A DNA stretch of 64,000 nt, taken from contig BQFW01000015.1 in assembly GCA_020891255.1 (NCBI GenBank), positions 1,922,001 through 1,986,000 on the forward strand. The letters are read 5' to 3'. How positions within the stretch are numbered: the first letter of the stretch is position 1; every line of letters begins with the position of its first letter. Position numbers and translations under genes: made by a program. The notes beneath the pieces are model-generated. The model did no database searches. It was not told where the DNA came from and worked only from the letters and a program-made list of their open reading frames with translations. The DNA comes from Entomortierella parvispora E1425 (taxonomy: Eukaryota; Fungi; Mortierellomycota). This document shows, one piece after another, positions 24,090 to 34,861 of the stretch.

Positions 24090-25245
24090 GTTTCTTATCC
24101 TGGCAACGGGAGATGGAAGCGTGATTTGCAACTTGTGGCCCAACTGCCGTTTTCTGGCAACGGAATTCGGAAGGTGGACTGGAGGCTTGCGAGCTGTGCT
24201 GTCGTATTCCTGGCAACGGGGAAACAAAGCATGGCGAACCTTTTTATCCCATTATAGTCCATGGGTTCATCTATCATGACTATGGCTATCAACCCCGTGT
24301 GTTCGTCAACACCTTTGCCTCCGGGTAATGGCATCGTGTCGGGCACACAGCCGCCGGTGTCCTTTGCGACGCTGATGGTTCTCCCCCTTTGCGGTTGTCA
24401 TTCGTTTAAAGACGTTTGGGGACGTACCTTGGGTGTTAATAGCAAGCGGGAAAGGGACCCAAGGCGAATCCTTCAACATGGAACCACCCTTGGGTCTTGG
24501 CACTCACCGCGAGAAATGCTGGTGATAGCAGAGTACCCTCCCTTCGGGTTGAAGGTGTTCTCTATTTGGTGCAATCCGGGACCAACAAGCAACCCTTTCC
24601 GTCAAAAGTCAGGTCGTCTCGTTGGTCGAGCCGAGCCGTCGTTCCCTGGCAACGGGGAGCAAAACTTGGCAATACCATTTTAGTCCTTCGTTCGTCTATC
24701 ATGAGCGTGGCTAACCCCGTACGGTGCAGCAGCCCTTTGCCGGCAACGGAAATCGAAGCGTCGTACCGTACAGCCATATACTAGCAGCCCTTTTCTGGCA
24801 CTGGATTACCGTTCCAGAAACCGAAGCGTATATATGGTCTTTTCACTCCCTCGAGTCCACCAAGCTCCTCAACAGAGCCGTGGACCGTACTTTTTTCAAA
24901 TCCTTGGTAGTTCAGACCTGCTTTGAGCTCTTTGTTCTATCAAGGTAACCTTGAAGATTCACGTCTTTCCGCTTGGGAGTTTGGGAAGTGAAACGTGGTC
25001 TTTACCCCCCTAGATCGTGAAGCACCCTTCCCTCGGGGATAGGAAGTGTGTGGTCTAGAAAACCAGCAACCTCTTTGTCATCCCTTTTGTTTTTTGTTGC
25101 TGATTTCGAAGGACGGGCTACGAGCTGTGGTTCTGCATCTGTTTCTTTTTGTCTGGGACAGGAAGAAGGTGGAGCTCCTGTAGACCTCTGTCAGCAGATG
25201 CTACGTCGATCCTGGCAGCGGGAAGTGAAACGTGGTCTTTATCTA
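24090..25245 (+). repeat. Degenerate dispersed repeat cluster with core C(T/C)GGCA(A)CGG and a 22-bp exact direct repeat
   Basis: Core at 24100, 24154, 24210, 24646 and 24740, with variants at 24795 and 25212. The block ~24207-24330 is a diverged copy of ~24643-24760. GGGAAGTGAAACGTGGTCTTTA is exact at 24983 and 25220. Confidence 0.75.
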
Positions 25246-26085
25246 TGATTGTTGGGATTGAGTGGAGCTAGAGCCACATTGACTCCAGCACTCGTAAATG
25301 ATTGTTGACGACTGGCTGGATATTATGGATTACTCACCATCTAAATCCTTTTGGATAGGTACACTGGGCGGCTGCCAGGTCATCTTGATCTGGTGGCCAT
25401 GGCAATGCAAGAGCAGTTTGGCTAGGGCGGAGGAGGTTAGGGATGGCGGGTGGGTCTTCCTTCTGCTCTCAGCGGATCTATTGGCGTCACCAAGATTATG
25501 GCATGCAAGCAGACCACGGCGCGCACCGAAGAAGCGTACGAACAGACCACGCACCACAGCAGAATCCGAGAAGATCATGCCCCGAAGCAAGGCTCTAGTG
25601 AGCCACCAAAGCAGAAACGGAGAGACCACAGGTACATTGATTGGTAATTGAATTACTCCTTGTCTCGTCCCCTCGTCGTCACCGTCCAATCTTGTGTCTA
25701 TAACGATAGCCTTGAAACTCAGGCACAGCTTGCATCCTCCAAGATTCCAAGATATTGTTCACGAGCCATCACATCTGTCATCCTTCTGAACTTCTGGATG
25801 CAGACAGCGGTCTCCTGTTCCGGCCGTTGCCGCACATTTGATTCTATCGGCACAATACAGCAGCGAGTTCTAAATATGAAAATAAATATTGCTCAGAGTC
25901 CAACTTTGAACCATCTTTCTCTTCTCTACTCACATCTCATGCATCACTGACCCTCTCTTCGCCATGGATGCAAGGCAGTACCAAAAGAGGCAGATAGAGA
26001 GAGAGCAAACAAAAAAAAAAAAAAAGAATAATAGGTCCGCTTGGTATTATGAATTTTAATCATGGATGAGAGATTCATTCTATTC

Positions 26086-29000
26086 TTACAAGCCCACCAT
26101 GATCTCGCCAATACCCTCCATGTCTTCATACTGCTTTGTCAGAAAGTCGAGTTCTTCAGGATTTGATTGAAGCGCCTGATAGACGTGATGGGGCACTAAA
26201 AGCTTGTCTGCCACCTTGGTGACCACTGAGGGACCCTTCTTGTCGGTACCAGTGCTCTCATCCGCGGACGCGTCCAATTCGTCCAGCTCCATAAGAATCG
26301 ATTCCGGACCTCGTTCCTCCTCTGTTTCTGTACGATGGATCTGGATCGACTTTTCCAAGATCCTGCCCAAGAATGCCTTGGTTGCCTGAACCAGCAGTCC
26401 ACCAACAACAGCTCGCTGAGATAAAGATTCTGGGACCTTTTCCAATCCTGGTGTGTTCAAGAGTCTTTCCTGCTCTTGATCCCGCTCCTGGAGTCCACCT
26501 GCTCCTCCTCGTCCTCTGGACCATCCTCCGTTCGTTGACACGCCTGACCCGCCCTCCAACGACAGGGTTTTGAGTTTGAGCTCATCCATCACGGATAGCA
26601 CCCAATCGATTTCTGATCGCCTCGACTTGTAGACTTCCAGCTTCTGGAACGCATCGGAAAGCCTTTGGACCCTGGCACTTTGTTCTGCCTCCTGCAACTC
26701 ATTCCGTGGCGGTGATGGAGGTGAAGGGATCTCACTGTCCCCGATATCGACATCCATAGTCGAGTCCACCTGCTGTTGCATCAGTTGTCGCTCATGGCTC
26801 GATAGCGGGCGCCCTGTATGGTCCACGATCCCACAGCGCTTAAGCATATCCAACGCAAACTTGTTCTTGGACCGCCCAATCATCGTCGTCAGCAGCAATC
26901 GCTCGTCTTCGCCTATGTCCTTTACTGCATGGAAGCTGGGGTGGTGAGGGCAGTTGGGGATCCGTTGTCCGTTCTTTTCGTTCAGCAAGATCATTTCAGA
27001 TCCTGTCTCAGCCACACCCCGATTGCTGTCCCGATGTTGCTTCCAGAGCGATCCACAGGCTTTGCAATATGAGAGAGTTGTCTCCTTGGCCCGATGTCGT
27101 GTGAATAAACCAGTCTCCGAGGAGGCTGCACGAACGATATCTACCGCTGTTAATGCGCCTACGAGACCTATCTTGTTGGCAGTCGTATCGCTGGGTTTGG
27201 AGAGGGTGTTCTGGAGCTCCTGCTCATCAGCTTCAGCGCCATCCGCCATGGCGACCTCTCGCGCAGAGTTCAGTACCAACGAATTTGCAGGTACGCCAGA
27301 CTTTGCATTGCTACTGCCTTTGGTTCGTTGCTGGAATGGCGTGATGGGCAGAAAATCTGTATTCCTGTCCAATTCCAGATCGACAAATCTTTCGCTTCCA
27401 TGAACTTGTCTCCCACAATGAGTTGGATCCAACTACAGACAATTAAGTGCGTTAGTTGCCTTAAAATAATGACAGAGATCCACTGCCGCTTCTGCTGCTG
27501 TTACATCAAAAAGATCACTTACTGCCAAACGATGGTAGACCTCCACAGGTTTGTTCCGAGCATCTTGGAAATAGAGTCTGACCTTGATCTGCGTTTCGCC
27601 CCAAGCATATCGACTCAGATGAAATGGTGGTTCCGTCACTATTACTATATGGTTTGGCTTGTAACTCTCATGAAGGTGAAACTCGACTTTTGAGATATAG
27701 GCCGTAATTTCCTCAGGCTTGGGAGTTCCGTCCACATAAATCATCCACTTGTAAGGGAACTCTCTCAATCGCGGATCCCTCTTCTCTTCTGACAAAAACT
27801 TTGAGACATTGCCAACAACAATTCGCCTCTTGACGTAAAACCGAGATCCAACAGTATCCAAAGGTTCGGGAAGTCCTGCTTGAATGGCTGATGGCCCGAA
27901 AGTAATAATAGTGGGTTGTAGCGGTTGTGTCCCTGGATGACTGACTATAGGCACTACAACAGGTGGCACTCCCTGAACTGGAACAGCAGAGGGTGCAGCC
28001 TGTCCGACTTTGGGGGGTTGGGCTGGGGGTATTGTCGCTGGTCCTGGGAAAGCCGATACTGGTGTTGAGGGTTCTGACATGTCGCTCATGAATGGATGGA
28101 TAGAGGGACTGCCTGCTCTCGAACTTGCTGCACTTGAAACTCTGCTCTCTGTCGCACTGTAGAGAGTTGTAAGTCCTGGTCGAGATAATCCGCTCTTTGT
28201 TGTATCCACAATGGGGAATCGCGATGTCTGTCCACCCCCGTTGACCATAGGGGTGCCACCTTGCGAAATGCTACCACCTTGCGAGATGCTACCACCTTGC
28301 GAGATGCTACCATATTTCCGCATGGGTCCTTTGCCTGCCGAGGGTCGTTGTGGAACTTCGCTTCCGCTTTCGTTATTATCATCAGATCCATCGCTGTCAG
28401 AACCTTGCCCAAGTTTCGATGTTGGCTTGCCCTTCTGAGGGCGGGTCACAAGAGCCAGGGAGGACCGTCTCCTCTTTCCAGCTCCAAGTCCTTCGCCTGC
28501 AGATGCAGCTCCAGATGTATCGGACTCATCCTCTGTTCCGGCATTGGAGGACGAGTTGAGTGATGTGCCACTGTTCCTTCGGGGTTGTTGGCGAGTAGCG
28601 TCCCTGCTGGTATTCCGGCGTCGGCCATCGTCCGACTCCAGGTCCACTTCTTCATCATATGTCTTGATTGTAGGCTAGATAAGAAATAATGCGGGGCGAG
28701 TGTCAGTTGATGTAAACTGAGTAGCACGCAATTGCTCAAATCACAATAAACTGGTAGGCATTACCTTTGCAAATTCTGATTGTCCATTGGCATCACTATT
28801 CAAAAAGGGAGCAATGAGTCAACAAGTAGTGTCTACAATAACGAGATCCAATGCATACGGTTCGGTTCATACCTGGCAGTTAACGAGCTGAAGACTATCC
28901 GTGTCCGGCATGGGTGGTCCGCAGGCACCTCACTTTCAGGCTATGATGGTTGATGGCAGGGTTAGCATCACTCGAAATAGAGCTAGTAGAGCATCATAAT

Positions 29001-29822
29001 AACCCAAAAAAGACCACGATCCTTACAACAACTACACCGCAAAACCGGACTCCTTCCTCCGTATTCTTGAAAACTTGCTTGTGTGCAATGCGCATATGGT
29101 TGAGAAGACCTTGACTACTTCCGAATTCATACCGATCACAATGGGGACAGCCAAGTCTAAGAGAAGCATTAAATGTGAGCAAACTCTTGGTGAAATAGAT
29201 CCTGTACCGATAACAGTTCTGCCATATCTAGTTCCTGGCAAGTACCTGACAAATTGACCGTCGGCTCTGACTGCATACAGGGCCTCTGGACCGCGGGCAT
29301 CACGCCCATAATAGGCCGTCGCTCTTCGAGAATGAGTCCTGCTAGAGTATTGCGTTTGTGGAGTGGGAGGTGGTCCTAGTGTCCTTGAGGTTGTCGAATT
29401 TCCGTAAGGTGCCCCTTGTCGTTCTAGAATGGTAGTGGTTTATGTATCGTTAGCAGCTGCGAAAGCCTGGAATTTCCAATAAAAAGTTGATTCCTTTCAT
29501 TCATCTTACCACTGAGAATGGCATGACGCAAGTCTTCGAGCATGCGCTCGGCTTTAGTAAGTTCTTGGGTAATGAGGGCTTCCTCAGAATGGCGTAGAAG
29601 GATTTCAAGGTCGAATTGCTGATCGATAATGTCGACAATCTTTTGACGCGTCGTTTCCTGATGACCAGAGGCAGTCCTTGAGAGCGGTTGAGCATGGGAT
29701 GGTGGTTGGGGTTGTGATTGCGATTGTGCATGTGGCTCTCTTTGCAAATGGCCTGAGCTGGGCGAGGACGAAGCCGAGAGCATGGTAATGTCTGTGGCAG
29801 AGGGCCCAGTCTGCAGGGACAT
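26086..29822 (-). CDS. YEATS2: YEATS2-like chromatin reader: Ahc1/YEATS2-type N-terminal coil, C2H2 finger, YEATS domain, C-terminal histone-fold-like region
   Basis: N-terminal KIVDIIDQQFDLEILLRHSEEALITQELTKAERMLEDLRHAIL. Zinc finger CPHCDRYEFGSSQGLLNHMRIAH. YEATS domain KRRIVVGNVSK...YKWMIYV...SKVEFHLHESYKPNHIVIVTEPPFHLSRYAWGETQIKVRLYF. C-terminal ATKAFLGRILEKS...LLVPHHVYQAL...LDFLT. Confidence 0.85.
28256..28312. repeat. 18-bp coding tandem repeat x3 (GSISQG units) in the YEATS gene
   Basis: CCACCTTGCGA(A/G)ATGCTA repeated three times, translating as YGSISQGGSISQGGSISQGG on the minus strand. Confidence 0.9.
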
Positions 29823-29936
29823 GGCGAAGATGCGGATGAGTGAGTAAAAGTGGAGGAAGATGGAATGAGAGAAGAGAATAAAGTGATCGACTTCCACACG
29901 CGTTGAGTGCATTTTCAGTTTTCAAAGCATGCATCA

Positions 29937-29946
29937 GTCACGTGAC
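29937..29946. promoter_or_regulatory. Perfect GTCACGTGAC palindrome (Cbf1/USF-type E-box) in the divergent YEATS2-REX4 promoter
   Basis: 10-bp palindrome 115 bp upstream of the YEATS ATG and ~330 bp upstream of the REX4 ATG. It matches the RTCACGTG bHLH consensus; function is inferred. Confidence 0.45.
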
Positions 29947-30272
29947 GACATCTTTCTCTCTTTTTTTCTTGTCCATTTTACTTAGGTGGATGGTAGAACT
30001 CGCAAGGGCTTCCATCCTAGCAAAGACATACTGAAGTCGCAACGCAAGCGCGCTGGGGGTTATTTTGCTGAAGTGGGGACGGAGCCATGCTCGCTCTTTC
30101 CTTCTCCACTGTTGCTCTTCAGAAAGAGCAGGGCAAAGCATTGCCACCAAATCTGGCTTGGTCAATTGACAGTCCCAAAATTGAGCGAGTAAACACACTT
30201 TTCTTTTTTCAGCCTGTCTTGCCCTTGTCGTCTTCATTGCCCATTCTTTCGACCCAGGAACGTATACTCACC

Positions 30273-31524
30273 ATGCCACCAAAGCAGACCCCAAAGTCAA
30301 AGAACACCAAGGGCAAGAAGGCCCATAGTGTCATCCGCCTCAACTACTCGAAGAAGCCTGCCGCCGTTCAACCCCAGGTCTCCAAGAAGGCCAAAATCGC
30401 AACTGTCAAGGCTGAATTGGCCGCCAAGGAAAACAAGGTCTCCTCCTCAGTTGTTGCTAAGGCCGCTCCTTCATCCAACTGGAAGCAACTCCAAGCTGTA
30501 AGGACCATTTATCACTTCCTTCCTTCCCTCTGCCTGTATGGCCCTTACCATGACCTGCCGTATTCATTCTGTATTCCTTTTGTTTCTGGGGTGGATAGAA
30601 AATCAAACCTGCACCACGCAAGTCGATACCCGTTACCAAGGCACCAAAGAAGAGAGCACATGAGGAGATTTCAGATGATGAAGAACAGGAGGATGACCAG
30701 GAAGATTCAGCGCCTGTAGCAAAGGCACAAAAGTCGGATATTGCCTCTGGAACAAAGCACGATACCACAGACCTCTGGTTCGATGACATTTCAAAAGAGG
30801 ATCTTGAGAAAGCGTACGGAAAGTCAGGAAAGAAGACCGAATACGACCCCACTGCCACTGGAAAGCACAAGTAAGCATATTTCTTTTCATTTTATTGCAG
30901 TTGGAATCGCTGTTCTTGCTTTGGGTATCCTAACCACTTTCTTTTTGATATTCTAGGATTGGAAAGTATGTTGGAATCGATTGTGAGATGGTGGGTGTTG
31001 GACCAGATGGCGTTCAGTCAGCGTTGGCTCGAGTTTCTATTGTCAACTACTATGGAGTCACAATTCTCGATCTTTTTGTTCGCCCCATGGAGAGAGTCAC
31101 TGATTTCCGTACAGCAGTCAGTGGAATCACGCCAAAGCACTTGTTGACCGCTGTCGAGTTCAAAGATGCCCAGAAGCAGGTGGCTGATGTGATTGAGGAC
31201 AAGATTGTGGTCGGGCACGCCGTCCACAACGATTTTAAAGCTCTCTTGCTCGATCACCCACAACGACTGATCCGCGATACCTCCAGATACAAGCCCTTCA
31301 GAGCTCTTTCCAAAGGCAACACCCCATCGCTTAAGAGATTGGCACATGAGATTTTGGGTATCAGGATTCAGGATGGCGCTCATTCCAGTGTGGAAGATGC
31401 TCGGATAACCATTTTGCTCTACCGGAAACATAAGGATGCATGGGACGCTTCGCTGGCACTCAAGGCCAAGAAGCGTGTTCAACAGGCAACCAAGATGCAA
31501 AAGAAGACTGCTGCCAAGAAGTAG
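30273..31524 (+). CDS. REX4: RNA exonuclease 4 (DEDDh 3'-5' exonuclease)
   Basis: Three exons. Basic N-terminus with SSNWKQL and DLWFDD, then GKYVGIDCEMVGVG...LARVSIVNYYG...VTDFRTAVSGI...VGHAVHNDF...IRDTS...PSLKRLA...IQDGAHSSVEDAR. Confidence 0.95.
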
Positions 31525-32725
31525 GGCTCATCACCATCACCATCACCTCGCACTCATCGCATATCATCGAAATTCACTTCACTGTTCCACAATAAACGCA
31601 ACATTGGAGTGTCCTCATCGCCTGTTCATTTCATTTTGTGTCAAGTTGACAGAAGATGCATCGAAGTAAATTTATTTGCCCTAAATTTTAAGCAATTCCT
31701 ATCCTCCGTGCCATACGCCTGTATTGAGCGGCGGCAAGCTTGCGTTTCCGCCAGATCATCAGAATTCCCGAAAACAACGCCAAGAAGATATTTGTGGACT
31801 AACGGAATAGACAAAAGCGATTTAATGGTTTTAGCTGGTTGTCCAGAAAACAATTCATCTGTAAAAAGTTTATGCGATTTTCCTAGAAAACGTACCAAAA
31901 AGTGAGCAAATCGCCTTGCTTCAACCGCCTTCACATGGAGGCAGGAGCGGTATGTGGGTAGAAGAACCTTGAGTTCCTCATTCTCGTTATTAATCGGGTC
32001 GTCGTACTTGCACTCTATCTTTTGCCTGTTGTGTGTTTCTTTACAAGTATCCTCGGTTTCCTAAGTATGAAGGCACGATCAGTCATGAGTTCGGAAAAGA
32101 GGTCTATAGTCTACATGTGTTCAAGATGATTGGATCTGTGGAGCTGTGGAGCGAGTGGCGTACCTGCTGCAGATGGTTACAGGGAACACACTCGCCAATA
32201 ACGACACACGCGAAAGGCGGTTGCGTCTGGGGCGGTTGCTGTCTTTTGGCAAGACTCTGAAAGGAATGGGCTGATGTGGATTGGGCCGAAGTTAATGAAG
32301 CAAAGACAGTCGTCAGGCTACAGAATGGTCGATGAGAAGTTCAAGAGCAAAAAGGTCAGGAGAGGCCAATGCTTCCATGTCAGAGCCTTGAAGGACGTTT
32401 CAAAGCAAGTGTGTACCAAGCAAGGCCTAATGTAATCATAAGCAGCGCCCTTGCTGCTCTCACTTTAGACTGCGGTATTGATGGAGACATGGAGAGGTAG
32501 AGCCGTTTTGATGGCAAGAAGGATGGATGGATGGATGGAAGAGAGCTGGAGGAGTGGAAGTGATGGTAAAGGTCGAGGTTAAGGAAGGAAGGAAGGATGG
32601 CGGCAAATGCATAAGGTTCCCACGTGACTCGACTTGTTTGGGCCGGAGTGCTGCCGCAATCACAAAGCAGATCTCGCATTCATTCATTTGTTCGTTCGCT
32701 TCAATCTCACCCACACATCATCGCC

Positions 32726-33178
32726 ATGTCCAAGAAAGCACCTGCCGCCGCCGCCTCTCTCCTTCGCCTGGTCGTCCCTGCAGGAAAGGCCACTCCCTCG
32801 CCCCCCATCGGTCCTGCCCTGGGTCAGCGTGGTGTCAAGTCGATGGATTTCTGCAAACAGTTCAACGACAGGACCAAGAATGTCGAGGTCGGAACCCCTC
32901 TTCCCGTGGTCATCACCGTCAAGGGTGACCGTACCTTTACCTTTGTGACCAAGGCTCCCCCTACCTCCTTCTTCCTTAAGCGCGCTGCTGGCATCGAGAA
33001 GGGCGCCACCAACATTGGCAAGGAGCACCCCTTTGTCGGCAAAGTCAACCTGAAGCAGATCTACGAGATTGCCAAGATCAAGCACGCGGATGATGGTATG
33101 GGACACTTGACTCTCAAGAGCGTCTGCTCGAGTGTCATCGGAAGCGCACGGTCTATGGGCATTGAGGTTGTCGCATAA
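32726..33178 (+). CDS. MRPL11: Mitochondrial ribosomal protein uL11m (yeast Mrpl19), intronless
   Basis: LRLVVPAGKATPSPPIGPALGQRGVKSMDFCKQFNDRT...LPVVITVKGDRTFTFVTKAPPTSFFLK...IYEIAKIK...VIGSARSMGIEV is the bacterial-type L11 signature. Confidence 0.96.
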   Translation: MSKKAPAAAASLLRLVVPAGKATPSPPIGPALGQRGVKSMDFCKQFNDRTKNVEVGTPLPVVITVKGDRTFTFVTKAPPTSFFLKRAAGIEKGATNIGKEHPFVGKVNLKQIYEIAKIKHADDGMGHLTLKSVCSSVIGSARSMGIEVVA

Positions 33179-33673
33179 GGTGTCGGTTGTAGACAGACAC
33201 ACGGACAAACAAATGCAGACACACAGATCAATCATTATTTTTCGCTCATAACAAGGATCCTGCCAGGATAAAAAAAAGAGCCAGCAGTAGTCGCAGGAAC
33301 AACAACATCCATCAGCATGGCATCCATCTCCCTTCCACCACTTGTACCATAGTCAATAAAACCAAGATAGACACACACAGACACTATCATCAAGGGAAAG
33401 AGGAACCAGAGAGCAGCAAATAGTGGCTTAGATGTTTTCCAACCCAGGCACCATTCCCCGAGCAGAGAGTGGAGGACAGACTGAGTTCTGTCCAGTCTCC
33501 TTTTGTGGCCACTCACTCCCCTCACTCCCCACTGGACAGGTAACGTCGTCATTCACTTTTTTTTTTTTTTTTTGTGCCCTTTCTCCTGATCATTCTCTTC
33601 TTCCTCTTTCCTTCTCTCCGCTCCGAACATACCCACCTCCACCACACCTCAGGAAACAGACAACACAAGAACA

Positions 33674-34667
33674 ATGTCGCCAGGAAAGGATACCTCTGCT
33701 GCCAGCCCCCCCCCTGGCTGCCCTATGCACCAGGCTGCTGCCCCAGAGCCCCTAAAGCCAAAGCCCCCACCAGGCTGCCCCATGCACCGCAAGGACGATG
33801 CCCTCAATCCCGACAACAACATCCCCAACCTCGCACAGTCGCCCTTCCCCGACCAGGAGATCCCTCTCCCTACTGAGAGAGTCATTTCCTCCATCCCCCG
33901 CGCTAAGGCTGAGGACGAGTCCAACTGGGAGTATCCTTCGCCCCAGCAGTTCTACAACGCCCTCCGTCGCAAGGGTTGGGAGACCCCAGAGACCGCCATT
34001 GAAACCATGGTCGATATTCACAACTGGATGAACGAGGAGGCCTGGGCTGAAGTCATGAAGTGGGAGAAGGAGTATGAGGGGTAAGTGAAGAAAGAAAGTG
34101 AACTCGGTTTCCTTGCGGACGGACACTCTCGGCTTTCTGTTTTGATCTCTCAATGGCTCATTTTTCTCCGGAATCTTTTTTTTTTTTTTTTGACTTTTTC
34201 TGATTCTTTTAGAACTTGCTGCGATCCCAAGCTTCTCCGATTCCAGGGGCGTCCTCAAGAGTTGAGTCCCAAGGCTAGAATCATGAGTTGGTTCGGGTAT
34301 GTCTTTTTTTAGTTTTACATTCATTCATGATACAGTTGTGCGATCAGTCCACCTTTTTTTTGTCGCTGGAAGTGCGTTGAGTTTGCTGACGTTTGAATGC
34401 TATATGATCCTGTGTGCTCTGAATAGTGCCCCCAAGCCGTTCGATCGCCACGACTGGGTCATTGACCGATGCGGCAAGGAGGTCCGTTACGTGATCGACT
34501 ACTATGGAGGCGAGGATGATGTTGCAAACGATGTACCTGTTTTCCATCTGGATGTCCGTCCTGCCTTGGACTCGTTCGAGAGTGCCTTCGATCGCCTCAA
34601 GTTTGGCGTCCGTGAGACATTCGCAAAGTTCAGAGCCGAGTCTGCTTCTACTTCAAAGACCGCCTAA
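33674..34667 (+). CDS. CYC3: Holocytochrome c synthase (cytochrome c heme lyase)
   Basis: Two PPPGCPMH heme-regulatory motifs, [91 protein letters not shown]. Three exons. CYC3 versus CYT2 paralogue is not certain. Confidence 0.93.
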
Positions 34668-34861
34668 GGGAAAGCAAAAACGAAGGTCTTGCAAGAAAGA
34701 CGGAATGGGATCCTCTACCTCTCATCCACCCATACACCACACACACACCGCATTTTTCAATACTCCATTGTACCATTAGACTAAATATAACAACACGCAC
34801 TCGCGTGGTCAAAAACATCAACTTGTATTTTGTGTCTGTTTTTTATTGATCGTCTCGTTTG

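Noticed and set aside
23863-24279. ORF containing LATGDGSVICNLW resembling a WD40 repeat
   Set aside because: Single weak match, and the recurring DNA core falls in different frames. Kept only as an alternative explanation for the repeat cluster.
24090-25245. Repeat-spacer appearance suggesting a CRISPR array
   Set aside because: Eukaryotic context, no cas genes, a core of only ~10 bp, irregular spacing, and intervening sequences that are themselves related.
25330-25870. Faint Tc1/mariner-like words (MAREQYLGILED; LPWPPDQDDL)
   Set aside because: No DDE motifs (FQQDN, SPDLNPIE) and no TIRs found; the words lie in different frames.
31641-32460. Possible F-box pseudogene on the minus strand (MEALASPDLFALELL..., RVCRYWR) and a 97-aa ORF
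   Set aside because: Motifs are in different frames with the wrong spacing for an F-box; too weak to call.
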